The notes beneath the pieces were generated by a model, which was given only the letters and a program-made list of their open reading frames with translations, was not told where the DNA came from and did not search any database. Of a stretch of DNA of 64,000 nucleotides, positions 40,652 through 53,185 are shown one piece after another. This DNA is from Alphaproteobacteria bacterium. Its GTDB lineage: Bacteria; Pseudomonadota; Gammaproteobacteria; Burkholderiales; Burkholderiaceae_C. The position numbers were made by a program, and so were the translations under genes. Location of the stretch: assembly GCA_030054175.1 (NCBI GenBank), contig JASGCM010000014.1, positions 30,154 to 94,153 on the forward strand, read 5' to 3'. Numbering within the stretch: the stretch's first letter is position 1; the number at the start of each line of letters is the position of its first letter.

Positions 40652-42300
40652 AGCAATTTCGCTTTGAGATGCATTAGCCTGCGAAGCAAACCCTTGGCCA
40701 CCGCTCAAAGGCAACTTTTCGATGCAGTCCGCAATGTATTGCGCTGCGGGTAAGTAGCCTCCAACGGTATCTACCAGAATGTTCGCCTCAGCAAAATCCC
40801 ATGCCATAGGCAAAGATTGCTTACCAAAGAGATGCATTACCTTCTGATTAGTCGAGGACCAACCACACAGAGAATTTACAAAGTCAGTGCATCTATCAAT
40901 TGCAAATGCCAGATAAATTGAAACTGCCTCAGCGTATGCCGAAGCTCCAACACCACCATTAGCCAGCTTGCGATCATCATCGGGAAGCTGCGCATTTCTA
41001 GCGTCTTTCTCCACTTTGGATCTAACTTCGGCAACCAAATCAGACAGCGTACCCAAGGCCAGCAATTGTCTGTCAGTGAATAAATCGCCGAATTTCGACA
41101 AGCCGTAGTTAAGGGTCCAAAAGTTTCTTGGATCATTAGGCAAAGATGTGTTTGGTTTCCATGTCGGATTCGCAGCCTTTGCTAACTTCTCCATCTCGTC
41201 GGTCGGTGAAACATAGACCCTGGCTCTCTTGCCTTCAGCGACCACCGCCATAAGACGCATGCCGATCCGACCTGCCATGCCTTCGCTCTTAATGTAGGCC
41301 GGGTCGATTGGGACGCCTGACAGCAAACACTTAAACTTTGCTCCACGAGCCAGCTTTGTCCCAGCCTTGGCTTCTGCCGGCGGCTTTCCATACCTAACTT
41401 CAAAGCGAATTTGATCGCCGCTCACTATAGGCTCAACATATACCTCCTTGCCTGTTTTGTTAGCCAAAACAAACGAGGAAGCCAACGGCACGTCTGCATG
41501 TGAATACGCGGGATTTGGACTCTTTACTGTCCTAGCCCACAACCATGCGATAACTTTCGATTTAACTCCACCCTGGTCTTTCGGAAGTTGAATTTCTGGA
41601 TAGAAATTTCCGATGCGCGAGAATGCTTCGTCTCGCATCCACTCTGCATATCGCCTGACATCTTCCGCAATTCCCTCTGGGCCAGACCATTGCTCAGGAA
41701 GCTTAGATTGCTTTCTTGAGTTTGGAACTGGGCCAACAGGCGGGAGATTAGAAAATTTCGGCGGGATTTCAATCATCGCCTTATTGATCATTACTGCGAC
41801 TGGATTAAGGTCAGCCGCGTGAGCCTCGAGGCCAAGACGCTGAGCCTCTAGCGGCAGCGCGCCCCCGCCTGAAAATGGATCGTGAAATCCGGGCAAAGAA
41901 TTAGGATTGAATAGCCTGGCCGCATCCGGGTGGTGTTTATTTAGCTCGCAAGTTTCCCGCCAACTTTTCAAAATTTCCTCTCGAGCTTCATCCAGTAAGG
42001 CTTTGTTGTTTGTGTTCTCCCACTTTACTAATTCGCTAATCAATCGAAACAGTCTTTGACGTTCAACTCTTGCTCGTTCCTTATTCACTCCCCGCCCCAA
42101 ATTCCGTTCATAGCCGGGGTCATTTATCATTTGAGCGAATATCACCGCTCTTGCCGCGGCCAAAGGTCGGCGTGCCCACCATAGATGAATACCTCTGGGG
42201 TGCGCCCCTATGCCAGGCATCTTTTCGTAAGCGCACGCTACATTAATGTCATCGAGGGGAAGGGCTACTTCGATTAGCTTCTTCGGCGTCTTGATGGTAG

Positions 42301-42304
<4 letters not shown>
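40652..42304 (-). pseudogene. methyltransferase fragment A (N-terminal ~551 aa, DUF1156 plus motif I)
   Basis: [21 protein letters not shown]...GIHLWWARRPLAAARA (DUF1156) and HDPFSGGGALPLEAQRLG (SAM motif I). Homology ends at ...[13 protein letters not shown]. The ATG overlaps the helicase stop (ATGA). Confidence 0.8.
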
Positions 42305-45818
<3,514 letters not shown>

Positions 45819-45822
<4 letters not shown>

Positions 45823-46061
45823 TGCCCTGTCCCTTGATCTTGTTCTGATTGTTTTTTGATCCAGGCGTCAATGTCGGCTTTTGAAAAACGCCAGCTTCCG
45901 CCAACTTTGAAAGACGGGATCTTCTTGGCCCCTGCTAAGCGGTAGATGGTTCGCTCGGTTACCTTGAGGTAGTCGGCAACTTCTCCGATGGTCATGATGG
46001 CGTTGTCAGCTGGGCTGGATGGCATGGTCTTAGCCAGGTGGGCGGTAGAAAACGTCAGCAT
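45819..46061 (-). CDS. excisionase/MerR-type HTH DNA-binding protein (start may be 46025 or 45995)
   Basis: [21 protein letters not shown]...GSWRF pattern (HTH_17-like). The stop overlaps the helicase ATG (ATGA). Confidence 0.75.
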
Positions 46062-46071
46062 AGTGCAAAAT

Positions 46072-46098
46072 TTTCAATCTGCGGTTGAAAGATTGAAA
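46072..46098. promoter_or_regulatory. operator-like inverted repeat of AGATTGAAA
   Basis: TTTCAATCT (46072-46080), 9-nt spacer, AGATTGAAA (46090-46098). Lies in the divergent region between the HTH gene and the small ORF. The spacer adds a tandem GGTTGAAA. Confidence 0.45.
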
Positions 46099-46200
46099 TA
46101 TTGTGCTGGAACCCTGGCTCACTGGATGAGCAAGACGCTAGGATCTAATCTGAAGGTCTGCTGGTGATGCATCCAGCGGACGACATGAAAGGGGCTGGCT

Positions 46201-46491
46201 ATGTCGTTCTGGCAAATCTTGGGTAGGTTCGCGTTCTCGGATCAAGGGGAGACGATTCAGAAGGTCTCCGACACGACCAGCGTGTCATCCGATGGCACTA
46301 CCTACACGCGTATGGGCTCTACGACCGTTGGGTCGGATGGTTCAGTGTTCACGCAGACCGGCAGTTTCAGCAGCGACGGAAGCGCGCGCATGGGGAGTAC
46401 TGCGACCGGCCTAGGCGCGGTTTTCAACAACCCTCGAGATGACTTTGGGGCAGGGTCAAGCAGATCCCGAGATGGATTTGATGATTTTTAA
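46201..46491 (+). CDS. small Ser/Gly/Thr-rich repeat protein (96 aa), unknown function
   Basis: SD-like AAAGGGG upstream. Periodic SSDGTTYTRMGS / GSDGSVFTQTGS / SSDGSARMGS. Acidic tail DDFGAGSSRSRDGFDDF. Confidence 0.5.
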   Translation: MSFWQILGRFAFSDQGETIQKVSDTTSVSSDGTTYTRMGSTTVGSDGSVFTQTGSFSSDGSARMGSTATGLGAVFNNPRDDFGAGSSRSRDGFDDF

Positions 46492-46505
46492 GAAGGTCCG
46501 CAGCG

Positions 46506-47033
46506 GTGCGCATTGAGATCGTCGTTGGGAACATCGTTCGCCAGCCGGACGTGGACGCGCTCGTGAACTCCGCAAACGCGAACCTTCGCTTCGGATCAGG
46601 TGTCGCTGGCGCCATCCACACAGCCGCAGGGCCGGAGTTAGAGCAGTATTGCCGCCGCTACTCTCCTATTGCACTTGGCGATGCTGTCGTTACCCCTGGG
46701 TTCCAACTTCCAAACTCGTACGTCATTCATGCGAGGGCGGCTAGCTACATAAACGATGATCATCCGGAGAAGTACCTGGACCTTGCAATCGCCCAAGCGC
46801 TGAGAGTTGCAAAGGATGCAGGTATCAAGTCGATGGCGATGCCCGCTGTCGGTACGGGCGTCTTCAAATTTCCGCCCGAACTAGCCGCTGAGATCATTCT
46901 GAAGGCGTTGCTTAGCCGGGTCACCGAGTTTCCAGACATTACTCTGGTGCGCATCTGCGTTGGTGATGCGCAGATGAAGGCGGTGTTTCAGGCTGCTTTG
47001 GACATGGCCACAGTGGGTTCTGCCCGAAACTGA
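46506..47033 (+). CDS. macrodomain (ADP-ribose binding / deacylase-type) protein
   Basis: GTG start 8 nt after AAGAAGG. ALVNSANANLRFGSGVAGAIH and AMPAVGTGVFKFP macro motifs. 175 aa. Confidence 0.85.
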   Translation: MRIEIVVGNIVRQPDVDALVNSANANLRFGSGVAGAIHTAAGPELEQYCRRYSPIALGDAVVTPGFQLPNSYVIHARAASYINDDHPEKYLDLAIAQALRVAKDAGIKSMAMPAVGTGVFKFPPELAAEIILKALLSRVTEFPDITLVRICVGDAQMKAVFQAALDMATVGSARN

Positions 47034-47422
47034 GCCAAGAATTTTTGTTCTTGCTGTCGCCAATCCATTGGAAATGGCTCCAGCAGATCCCTCATCGTCA
47101 ACCAGGCAGGATGCGACCCATCAAGGATCGCCTGCACCACGAGCGGTGACAGAAACGCCAGCCGCAATATTCTGCTGATGTAGGAGGGGTTGATCTTCTC
47201 GGCTGCAGCCAAGTCCTCGATCGATGTATATGTGCCGTCGTAGAGGATTTGCTGCCAACGGAACCCTCGGGCGATGACCTTGATCATCGTGTTGTCGATG
47301 GTGGCCTCGCGACGTACCACTCCTCGCGATCCATCAGGCATAACGATCACTGTTTTGCCACCTCGGGGACGGAAGGTCATAGGGATGTGCGTGGTTTCCG
47401 GTATTTGTGTTGTCGGTGTCAT
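46988..47422 (-). CDS. recombinase-operon accessory protein (144 aa)
   Basis: ATGA-coupled to the recombinase stop. Motif EKINPSYISRILRLAFLSPLVVQAILDG resembles partners I recall downstream of this recombinase type. Confidence 0.6.
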   Translation of the reverse strand: MTPTTQIPETTHIPMTFRPRGGKTVIVMPDGSRGVVRREATIDNTMIKVIARGFRWQQILYDGTYTSIEDLAAAEKINPSYISRILRLAFLSPLVVQAILDGSHPAWLTMRDLLEPFPMDWRQQEQKFLAQFRAEPTVAMSKAA

Positions 47423-48765
47423 GCGGCCTCCTTGCAGGGCTGCTGCATGATCGAGTCACGCAGGAACTTGGGCATTCCTTTGGTCTTCCAAGTGATGCTG
47501 ATACCGTCTTTGCGAACGGTAATCCTCTCAATCAACGCATGCGCGATCCGCACCTGTTCTGCCGGGAAGAGGTGGTCCCAAACCTGGTCAATCGATTGGA
47601 GGTGCTTGATAGCGTCTGTTTCGCTGATGTCCGGGCGTGCAATTGACACCTCATGTACCGCTTGCGACAGGATTTCTGGCGAGCGTAGGGCCCCGCGTAT
47701 TTGTTGCACTACAACGCCCTCGATTTCACCGGCAGGAACGCGACACACCTCGCATGCATCCTTGCCGAGTTTGATCGCATCAGTATTGATGTAGTAGAGG
47801 TACCGTTTGGGACCCTTGCTGGTCCAGCCTGGCGTGAACGCACGCCCCTCAGGTGAAAACAGCAGCCCACGAAGCAGCGTTGGGGCTTTTGTGTCGCGAG
47901 ACTCGGATCCGCCCTTGACGTGCTTGTCGCCAGCCTTAAGGTTTTCCTGGACCGTGTCCCAGAGTTCTTGCTCGATGATCGGCTCATGCTCGCCGGGGAA
48001 CTGCTTCCCCTTGTATGCGGCCATGCCGATGTAGACCGTGTTCTTGAATACCTTGTAGACATACCCTTTGGTGATCAACTTCCCGCTGCGCTCGATCCCT
48101 TTTGAGGTGGTCCAGGACTTAGATGTGACACCGCGTGCGCGCAGGTCTCTTACAAGTGTTGCCATCGATGGCGTTACGGCAAAACGCCTGAACATTTCCT
48201 GGACGATCTGCGCTTCCGCAGGGTTGGGGATCAACTTTCTTTCTGCGACGTCGTAGCCAAGCGGTGGCATGCCTCCCATCCAGATGCCGCGCTGGCGTGA
48301 GGCGGCGATCTTGTCGCGTACCCGCTCGCCGGCGAGTTCGCGCTCGAACTGGGCGAAGGACAACAGGATGTTCAGCGTCAGCCGCCCCATCGAGGTCGTC
48401 GTGTTGAACGCCTGCGTCACCGACACGAAGGTGACCTTGTGCTCGTCAAAGAGTTCGACCAGTTTGGCGAAGTCGGCAAGCGAGCGCGACAGCCGGTCGA
48501 TCTTGTAGACCACGATGATGTCAACCATGCCATTGCGGACATCATCCAGCAGCTTCTGAAGTCCAGGTCGCTGCATATTGCCGCCGGAGAAGCCGCCGTC
48601 GTCGTAGCGTTCGCGGGCCATCATCCAGCCTTCAGACTTCTGGCTGGCGATGAAGTTTTCGCAGGCGTCTCGCTGGGCGTCCAGCGAGTTGAAGTTTTGT
48701 TCAAGCCCTTCTTCGGTGGACTTGCGCGTGTAGATGGCGCAGATCAGGCGACGCTCAGCCGTCAT
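47419..48765 (-). CDS. large serine recombinase
   Basis: Resolvase catalytic domain CAIYTRKSTEEGL...IIVVYKIDRLSRS, followed by a recombinase domain. 448 aa. Confidence 0.9.
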   Translation of the reverse strand: MTAERRLICAIYTRKSTEEGLEQNFNSLDAQRDACENFIASQKSEGWMMARERYDDGGFSGGNMQRPGLQKLLDDVRNGMVDIIVVYKIDRLSRSLADFAKLVELFDEHKVTFVSVTQAFNTTTSMGRLTLNILLSFAQFERELAGERVRDKIAASRQRGIWMGGMPPLGYDVAERKLIPNPAEAQIVQEMFRRFAVTPSMATLVRDLRARGVTSKSWTTSKGIERSGKLITKGYVYKVFKNTVYIGMAAYKGKQFPGEHEPIIEQELWDTVQENLKAGDKHVKGGSESRDTKAPTLLRGLLFSPEGRAFTPGWTSKGPKRYLYYINTDAIKLGKDACEVCRVPAGEIEGVVVQQIRGALRSPEILSQAVHEVSIARPDISETDAIKHLQSIDQVWDHLFPAEQVRIAHALIERITVRKDGISITWKTKGMPKFLRDSIMQQPCKEAA

Positions 48766-49208
48766 GCTGCGCTCCTTGCCGAGCCGAGGCCGAAGAAGGC
48801 CCAGCCGTTGCGGTTGGTGCCGGTGATGGCACGGGCAATGCTGGACAGCGACTTGTATGGCCGGCCGTTGTAGGCGAAGTGGTCAACGCAGACCAACACC
48901 TCACAGGATGTGCCTTGCCACTCCCGGATCAGGCGAGTGCCGGCGATTGGTCGGTTATCCAGGCGGCGGCGCCGGACATCTTGTTTTCCGCCATCGAGTT
49001 GCTCGCCGAGTTGTGCAAGCCGCTTGGCGGTTTCGCGCTTGAGGCCGCCGTAGGCCAATTCCTGAATCCGGTAAGCCAGGCGGGTTTCAAGGAAGCGCCT
49101 GTTGAACGGTGGTGGCTCCTGGTTGAAGAGGTCCCGCCACATCTGCTTGAGATCGGCGGTGGTGATGGTCTTGAGGGCGGCCACTCGGGCCACAACGGTT
49201 TCAGTCAC
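48762..49208 (-). CDS. DUF2924-like protein
   Basis: GTG start. LKQMWRDLFNQEPPPFNRRFLETRLAYRIQELAYGGL pattern. ATGA-coupled to the recombinase start. Confidence 0.7.
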   Translation of the reverse strand: MTETVVARVAALKTITTADLKQMWRDLFNQEPPPFNRRFLETRLAYRIQELAYGGLKRETAKRLAQLGEQLDGGKQDVRRRRLDNRPIAGTRLIREWQGTSCEVLVCVDHFAYNGRPYKSLSSIARAITGTNRNGWAFFGLGSARSAA

Positions 49209-49475
49209 TGGGGTTCTCCTTGGTGGTCAGGACACCCCGTACTAACGCTCTGTTCAGTCAGGTTATCAAGTACATCTTGGCGGTCGTGCAAGCGAATGAC
49301 GGCCAGAGCAAGTATGGCGCCCACTATGGTTGCTGAGGACCGTTCTGGGGGCTTCTTGGGTGCGGGGCGTACAGATTGGGCAGGCATGAAGGTTCATACC
49401 GGCCGGGCCTGGGAGTTTTCTCGCCGAGACTGGACTGCGCCTTCCCCCAGTCAGCAGATGGCTTGATGGAGGGGG

Positions 49476-49513
49476 TTGCATCCTTTTGTCATTGCGTTAT
49501 AATGCAACGACAA
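49476..49513 (+). promoter_or_regulatory. sigma70-type promoter with overlapping operator palindrome for the XRE gene
   Basis: TTGCAT (49476-49481), 16 nt, TATAAT (49498-49503). IR TTGTCATTGC (49486-49495) / GCAACGACAA (49504-49513), 9/10 complementary, brackets the -10. Confidence 0.65.
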
Positions 49514-49533
49514 AACCGCAACCGAGGACAACG

Positions 49534-49812
49534 ATGACCCCCTTTGGGAATTACGTGCGCAGCAAGCGAGAGGAGGCCGGCATCACGCTGACCGAATTCG
49601 CCAAGCGCCTGAAGATCAGCCCAGCCTATTGGTCGCGAATCGAAACCGGCAGGGAAAACCCGCCCAAAGATGAACTAATAAAAGAAGCCGCGCAAATCCT
49701 GGGTGTGACTGAGGACGATCTGTTCATCGAGGCGAACAGATTCCCCCCGGACATGCAGCAGGATGTAGCAGAGGCTGTTCGTCTGTACCGCAAACAACAC
49801 AAGAACACGTAG
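49534..49812 (+). CDS. XRE-family HTH regulator
   Basis: GAGGA SD. ITLTEFAKRLKISPAYWSRIETG HTH. Upstream track codons lie inside the promoter. Confidence 0.85.
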   Translation: MTPFGNYVRSKREEAGITLTEFAKRLKISPAYWSRIETGRENPPKDELIKEAAQILGVTEDDLFIEANRFPPDMQQDVAEAVRLYRKQHKNT

Positions 49813-49821
49813 TAGGTGCCC

Positions 49822-50634
49822 ATGTCAGAAATCAAGCTCCAGTACCGGCACAACCACCAGTGCCAGCCCCATTACCTGAATAACGCTGACATCGAGCGCG
49901 TGGCGCTGGAGGTGCGACGACAGCTTGGCGTGTCCGAACGCCGAGCACTCACAATCCAGGACTTGGCCGGTATTGAACGCTTGCACGTGAATGGCGTGGA
50001 GTTTGATGTCTGGGTTGACCTTGAGCATCCGATCCACGACAACGAGCAGGAGCCCATCCTCGGCCTTTTTGAGTTCACCCCAGAAAGTTCAGTAGACGCA
50101 GTGTCTGTATGCGTGTCTCCGCTTGGGCCCAACATGAGCGCCGAGTTGCAACTCTCCACCTTCGCGCACGAACTCGGACACGCCATTTTCGATGGCCCAG
50201 CACTTGTGGCGCAGCATCGGAACCAACCCCTGGTAGACCTGACCGGCGCTGGCACCGTGCGCGCGTTCCGTTCCGTTACGGAAACCACCGACCAATTGAA
50301 CAAGGCTGGCCAACACCTCCCCTCGCATATCCGTTTTTCAGAGCTCAGGGCTAACGAGTTCATGGGGTCGCTTTTGGTGCCACGCGAAGTGCTGTGGGAG
50401 GCCATCATGGATGAGGCGCCGAAGCACGCGCTCAAAATCAGCTATGGGGAGGAGACCTTGTTTGCCGAGACCCTGGATGGCAATAAGAAGATCATGTGGT
50501 CGCCGGTCACCTACGAAATGGACTGCTGGACGTTTACACGAACGCTCGCACCGCACTTCGGTGTCAACCCCGCATTCATTGACGTGCGGATGATGCGATA
50601 CGGCATCGTACCGGCTGATGGCAAGCCGAACTGA
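49822..50634 (+). CDS. ImmA/IrrE-family zinc metallopeptidase
   Basis: FAHELGHAIF (HExxH), immediately downstream of XRE. Start at ATG 49822 (GTG 49816 also possible). Confidence 0.8.
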   Translation: MSEIKLQYRHNHQCQPHYLNNADIERVALEVRRQLGVSERRALTIQDLAGIERLHVNGVEFDVWVDLEHPIHDNEQEPILGLFEFTPESSVDAVSVCVSPLGPNMSAELQLSTFAHELGHAIFDGPALVAQHRNQPLVDLTGAGTVRAFRSVTETTDQLNKAGQHLPSHIRFSELRANEFMGSLLVPREVLWEAIMDEAPKHALKISYGEETLFAETLDGNKKIMWSPVTYEMDCWTFTRTLAPHFGVNPAFIDVRMMRYGIVPADGKPN

Positions 50635-50642
50635 ATTCACCG

Positions 50643-50667
50643 GCTCATGAGAGGGCACCTGCGGGTG
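50643..50667 (+). terminator. rho-independent terminator
   Basis: GGCACC-TGCG-GGTGCC followed by TTTTCTT. Confidence 0.75.
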
Positions 50668-50709
50668 CCTTTTCTTGAACCAAGTCGTTAACCATTAACT
50701 AAACACAAA

Positions 50710-51300
50710 ATGCAATTGAACATGAACAAAAACAACGTTGATCAAAAGTACCTGGAGTCGGCCAGGAATGCCGCTGCCACTCGTACCTACCGGCTTGCCG
50801 CAAGGCACGGGCTTTCCAGCGCTGAGCGTGAAGATATTGAGCAGTCGATCCTGCTCGAACTGCTTGAACGGTATCACCAGTACGACCCAGCAAAGGGGAG
50901 CATGAATACCTTCACTGGCATCGTCTCCGAGCACCGGGCTGTAGAGCTGTTGGACCAACTCATGAAGCAGCGCATCAGGATGACTGTTTTTGAGCTCCAG
51001 GATGCTGCTAACGACCCTGATTTCTATGGGTACGCAGGGGGGAGTACAGGAAGCGAAAACGTTGTACCGCTCTGGGCCGATGACCGGGACCTTTTCCGGG
51101 ATAGCGAAACGCTGCATGACATCCATGCCGCGCTGGCCTGCATGAATCAGGACCAGCAGGATCTTTTCAACCTGATCGACAGACACCACGACATTCCGAG
51201 CGCAGCCAAGGCCTCCGGGATGTCCACCGCCACTTTCTATCGCCGTGTTGACGACCTGCGTATGCACCTGCGCATGTTCGGCATACGGCCGGCCGCCTGA
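50710..51300 (+). CDS. sigma-70 family (ECF-like) sigma factor
   Basis: Region 2-like ERYHQYDPAKGSMNTFTGIVSEHRAVELL and region 4 HTH DIPSAAKASGMSTATFYRRVDDL. Confidence 0.7.
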   Translation: MQLNMNKNNVDQKYLESARNAAATRTYRLAARHGLSSAEREDIEQSILLELLERYHQYDPAKGSMNTFTGIVSEHRAVELLDQLMKQRIRMTVFELQDAANDPDFYGYAGGSTGSENVVPLWADDRDLFRDSETLHDIHAALACMNQDQQDLFNLIDRHHDIPSAAKASGMSTATFYRRVDDLRMHLRMFGIRPAA

Positions 51301-51383
51301 CCGATCGCGGGGTGGTTGAGAAAAACAGCCCCCTCGCTCGGTAAGAACCTTCAAGAACCGCAAACGCCGCGCCCCTCTGGGCG

Positions 51384-51848
51384 GTGGTGGTAGGCCAACT
51401 CACGCCTGGAGATTTGATTTTGAACACAAAAAACATTGTTGAAACGACGCGCAGCCACCTCGGGCTTGGCATTGATGCTGGAAAAGCAGCCTTGCAAGCC
51501 GTGTACGTGCCATCCGAAAAACTCACCGAGGCCGGTCTGTGCGACTGGATGGCAAACGCCCTGGTCGGTCAGTCTATCCAGTACCACGAAGGCTTCTTGC
51601 TGCTGGATCGCTCTGACTCGGGCAGCGGCTTGGAGTCCAAGGAACGCAATCGCCTTCACGCACTTGCCCGACGTGCCTGGATCGCCTGCGAGTTGGGGTT
51701 GGTCCACCTGTTCAGCTTGAAGGTGGGCGATGCCCATTACCGCTACATCGCTGTGCGATCTGCCAGCACCCTCACGCCACCCGAAATCCGCACCCGCCTT
51801 CGCCAGGTTGGTACGCCTTCCCCCGTGCCCGCCACCGGCACCCACTAA
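51384..51848 (+). CDS. hypothetical phage protein (start uncertain)
   Basis: ORF in the co-directional phage block. No motif recognised. Confidence 0.45.
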   Translation: MVVGQLTPGDLILNTKNIVETTRSHLGLGIDAGKAALQAVYVPSEKLTEAGLCDWMANALVGQSIQYHEGFLLLDRSDSGSGLESKERNRLHALARRAWIACELGLVHLFSLKVGDAHYRYIAVRSASTLTPPEIRTRLRQVGTPSPVPATGTH

Positions 51849-51862
51849 GAAAGAGAGTCCCC

Positions 51863-52387
51863 ATGATCCCTGAACCCGATGCCCTCGACGAGGTGGGCAA
51901 CTTCGTGATGGCAGAGCTTGAAAGCCTGCCACTGGCGGACCTCGACCGCCTGATCCAGCGCGTGTCTGATGCTGAGGACACCGCCCGCCATTACAAGCAA
52001 TTCCTCCAAGGTGTGCTGCACCGCCGCTTCGGTGAGCGGGCGCATCAGTTGCGCCAGGATGCTGGCAAGAACACCGGTACGGTTCGCTTTGATGTGGATG
52101 GCCACACCGTGATTGCCGACCTTCCCAAGAAGGTGGAGTACGACCAGCGCAAGCTCAAAGAAGCCGTCGAGGCCCTGCGCAAGTGGGGGGAGAACCCCGA
52201 GGACTACGTGAGTCTGGAGGTCAAGGTCGCTGAGACCAAGTACACGGCCTGGCCGCCTGCCGTGCGCCAACTGTTCGAACCCGCACGCACGCTCAAGGCC
52301 GGAAAGCCCACATACAAGCTCGAGCGCATCGTGGACGGTGCTGTGCCTGAGGCAGCGAATGACAGCAAATTTGGGGAGGCAGTCTGA
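51863..52387 (+). CDS. hypothetical phage protein (position and size of Gp157-like proteins)
   Basis: 174 aa with a coiled N-terminus, directly upstream of the Sak4-like ATPase with an ATGA overlap. Assignment is by synteny only. Confidence 0.5.
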   Translation: MIPEPDALDEVGNFVMAELESLPLADLDRLIQRVSDAEDTARHYKQFLQGVLHRRFGERAHQLRQDAGKNTGTVRFDVDGHTVIADLPKKVEYDQRKLKEAVEALRKWGENPEDYVSLEVKVAETKYTAWPPAVRQLFEPARTLKAGKPTYKLERIVDGAVPEAANDSKFGEAV

Positions 52388-53169
52388 TGGCCATCTCCCT
52401 TGCACAACTCAACCGGGCTGGAACACCCAAGCCACCAAGGGTGCTGATCCACGGCGTTGCTGGCGTCGGTAAAACCACCTTCGCAGGCCAGGCCAACAAA
52501 CCCGTATTCATCCAGACGGAAGATGGTCTCGGCACGCTGTCGGCAGCGAACTTCCCGCTGTCACGGACCTTCGATGAGGTGATGGAGGCGCTTGCAGCTC
52601 TCTACACCGAGCAACACGACTTTTCCACGGTCGTGGTCGACAGCGTGGACTGGCTGGAACCGCTGGTCTGGGCTAAAGCTTGCCGTGACAACGGATGGAA
52701 TTCGATCGAGGACGCCGGGTACGGCAAAGGCTACGTTGCTGCCCTGAACCTTTGGCGCCAATACATCGATGGCCTCAATGCGCTGCGCGACGACCGCGGC
52801 ATGACCGTGGTGCAGATCGCCCACACCGACATCAAGCGCTTCGATTCGCCTGAGCACGACCCCTACGACAGGTACGTGATCAAGCTCCATGCCCGCGCAG
52901 CGGCACTGCTGCAAGAGCACTCGGACGTTGTGCTGTTTGCCAACTACCGCATCTCCACCGTCAAGGCGGACGTCGGCTTCAACAAAAAGGTCAGCCGTGC
53001 CGTGGGTTCGGGCGAGCGTGTGATTCACACGGTCGAACGCCCCGCATTCCTGGCCAAGAACCGTTACGACCTGCCCGACACGCTTCCCCTTGAATGGTCT
53101 GCCTTTGCACAGGCCATGCCTGAAACCCTGCATACGACCCTGATCCCTTCCACCACCACCCGCACCTGA
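52387..53169 (+). CDS. phage AAA_24 / Sak4-like RecA-fold ATPase
   Basis: P-loop LIHGVAGVGKTTFA, Walker B-like VVVDSVD. Confidence 0.75.
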   Translation: MAISLAQLNRAGTPKPPRVLIHGVAGVGKTTFAGQANKPVFIQTEDGLGTLSAANFPLSRTFDEVMEALAALYTEQHDFSTVVVDSVDWLEPLVWAKACRDNGWNSIEDAGYGKGYVAALNLWRQYIDGLNALRDDRGMTVVQIAHTDIKRFDSPEHDPYDRYVIKLHARAAALLQEHSDVVLFANYRISTVKADVGFNKKVSRAVGSGERVIHTVERPAFLAKNRYDLPDTLPLEWSAFAQAMPETLHTTLIPSTTTRT

Positions 53170-53185
53170 AAAAGGAGTAATCACC

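Noticed and set aside
39960-40670. Long inverted repeats (Hin/Gin-type or shufflon-type sites) at the methylase inversion breakpoints
   Set aside because: I compared 39960-40000 with the reverse complement of 40630-40670 by eye. Only AAG/CTT (loosely GCT[C]AAG) is shared. The programmed-invertase interpretation therefore stays a hypothesis, not a call.
46201-47033. DarTG toxin-antitoxin assignment for the small ORF plus macrodomain pair
   Set aside because: The upstream protein is 96 aa, low-complexity, and lacks anything resembling a DarT/ART fold motif. The gene order and size do not fit DarT.
49205-49387. 60-aa minus-strand ORF with one TM-like segment, whose stop overlaps the DUF2924 GTG start (GTGA)
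   Set aside because: The coupling is suggestive. However, there is no SD, third-position GC is unremarkable, and the ORF lies in the divergent promoter region. Evidence is insufficient to call it.
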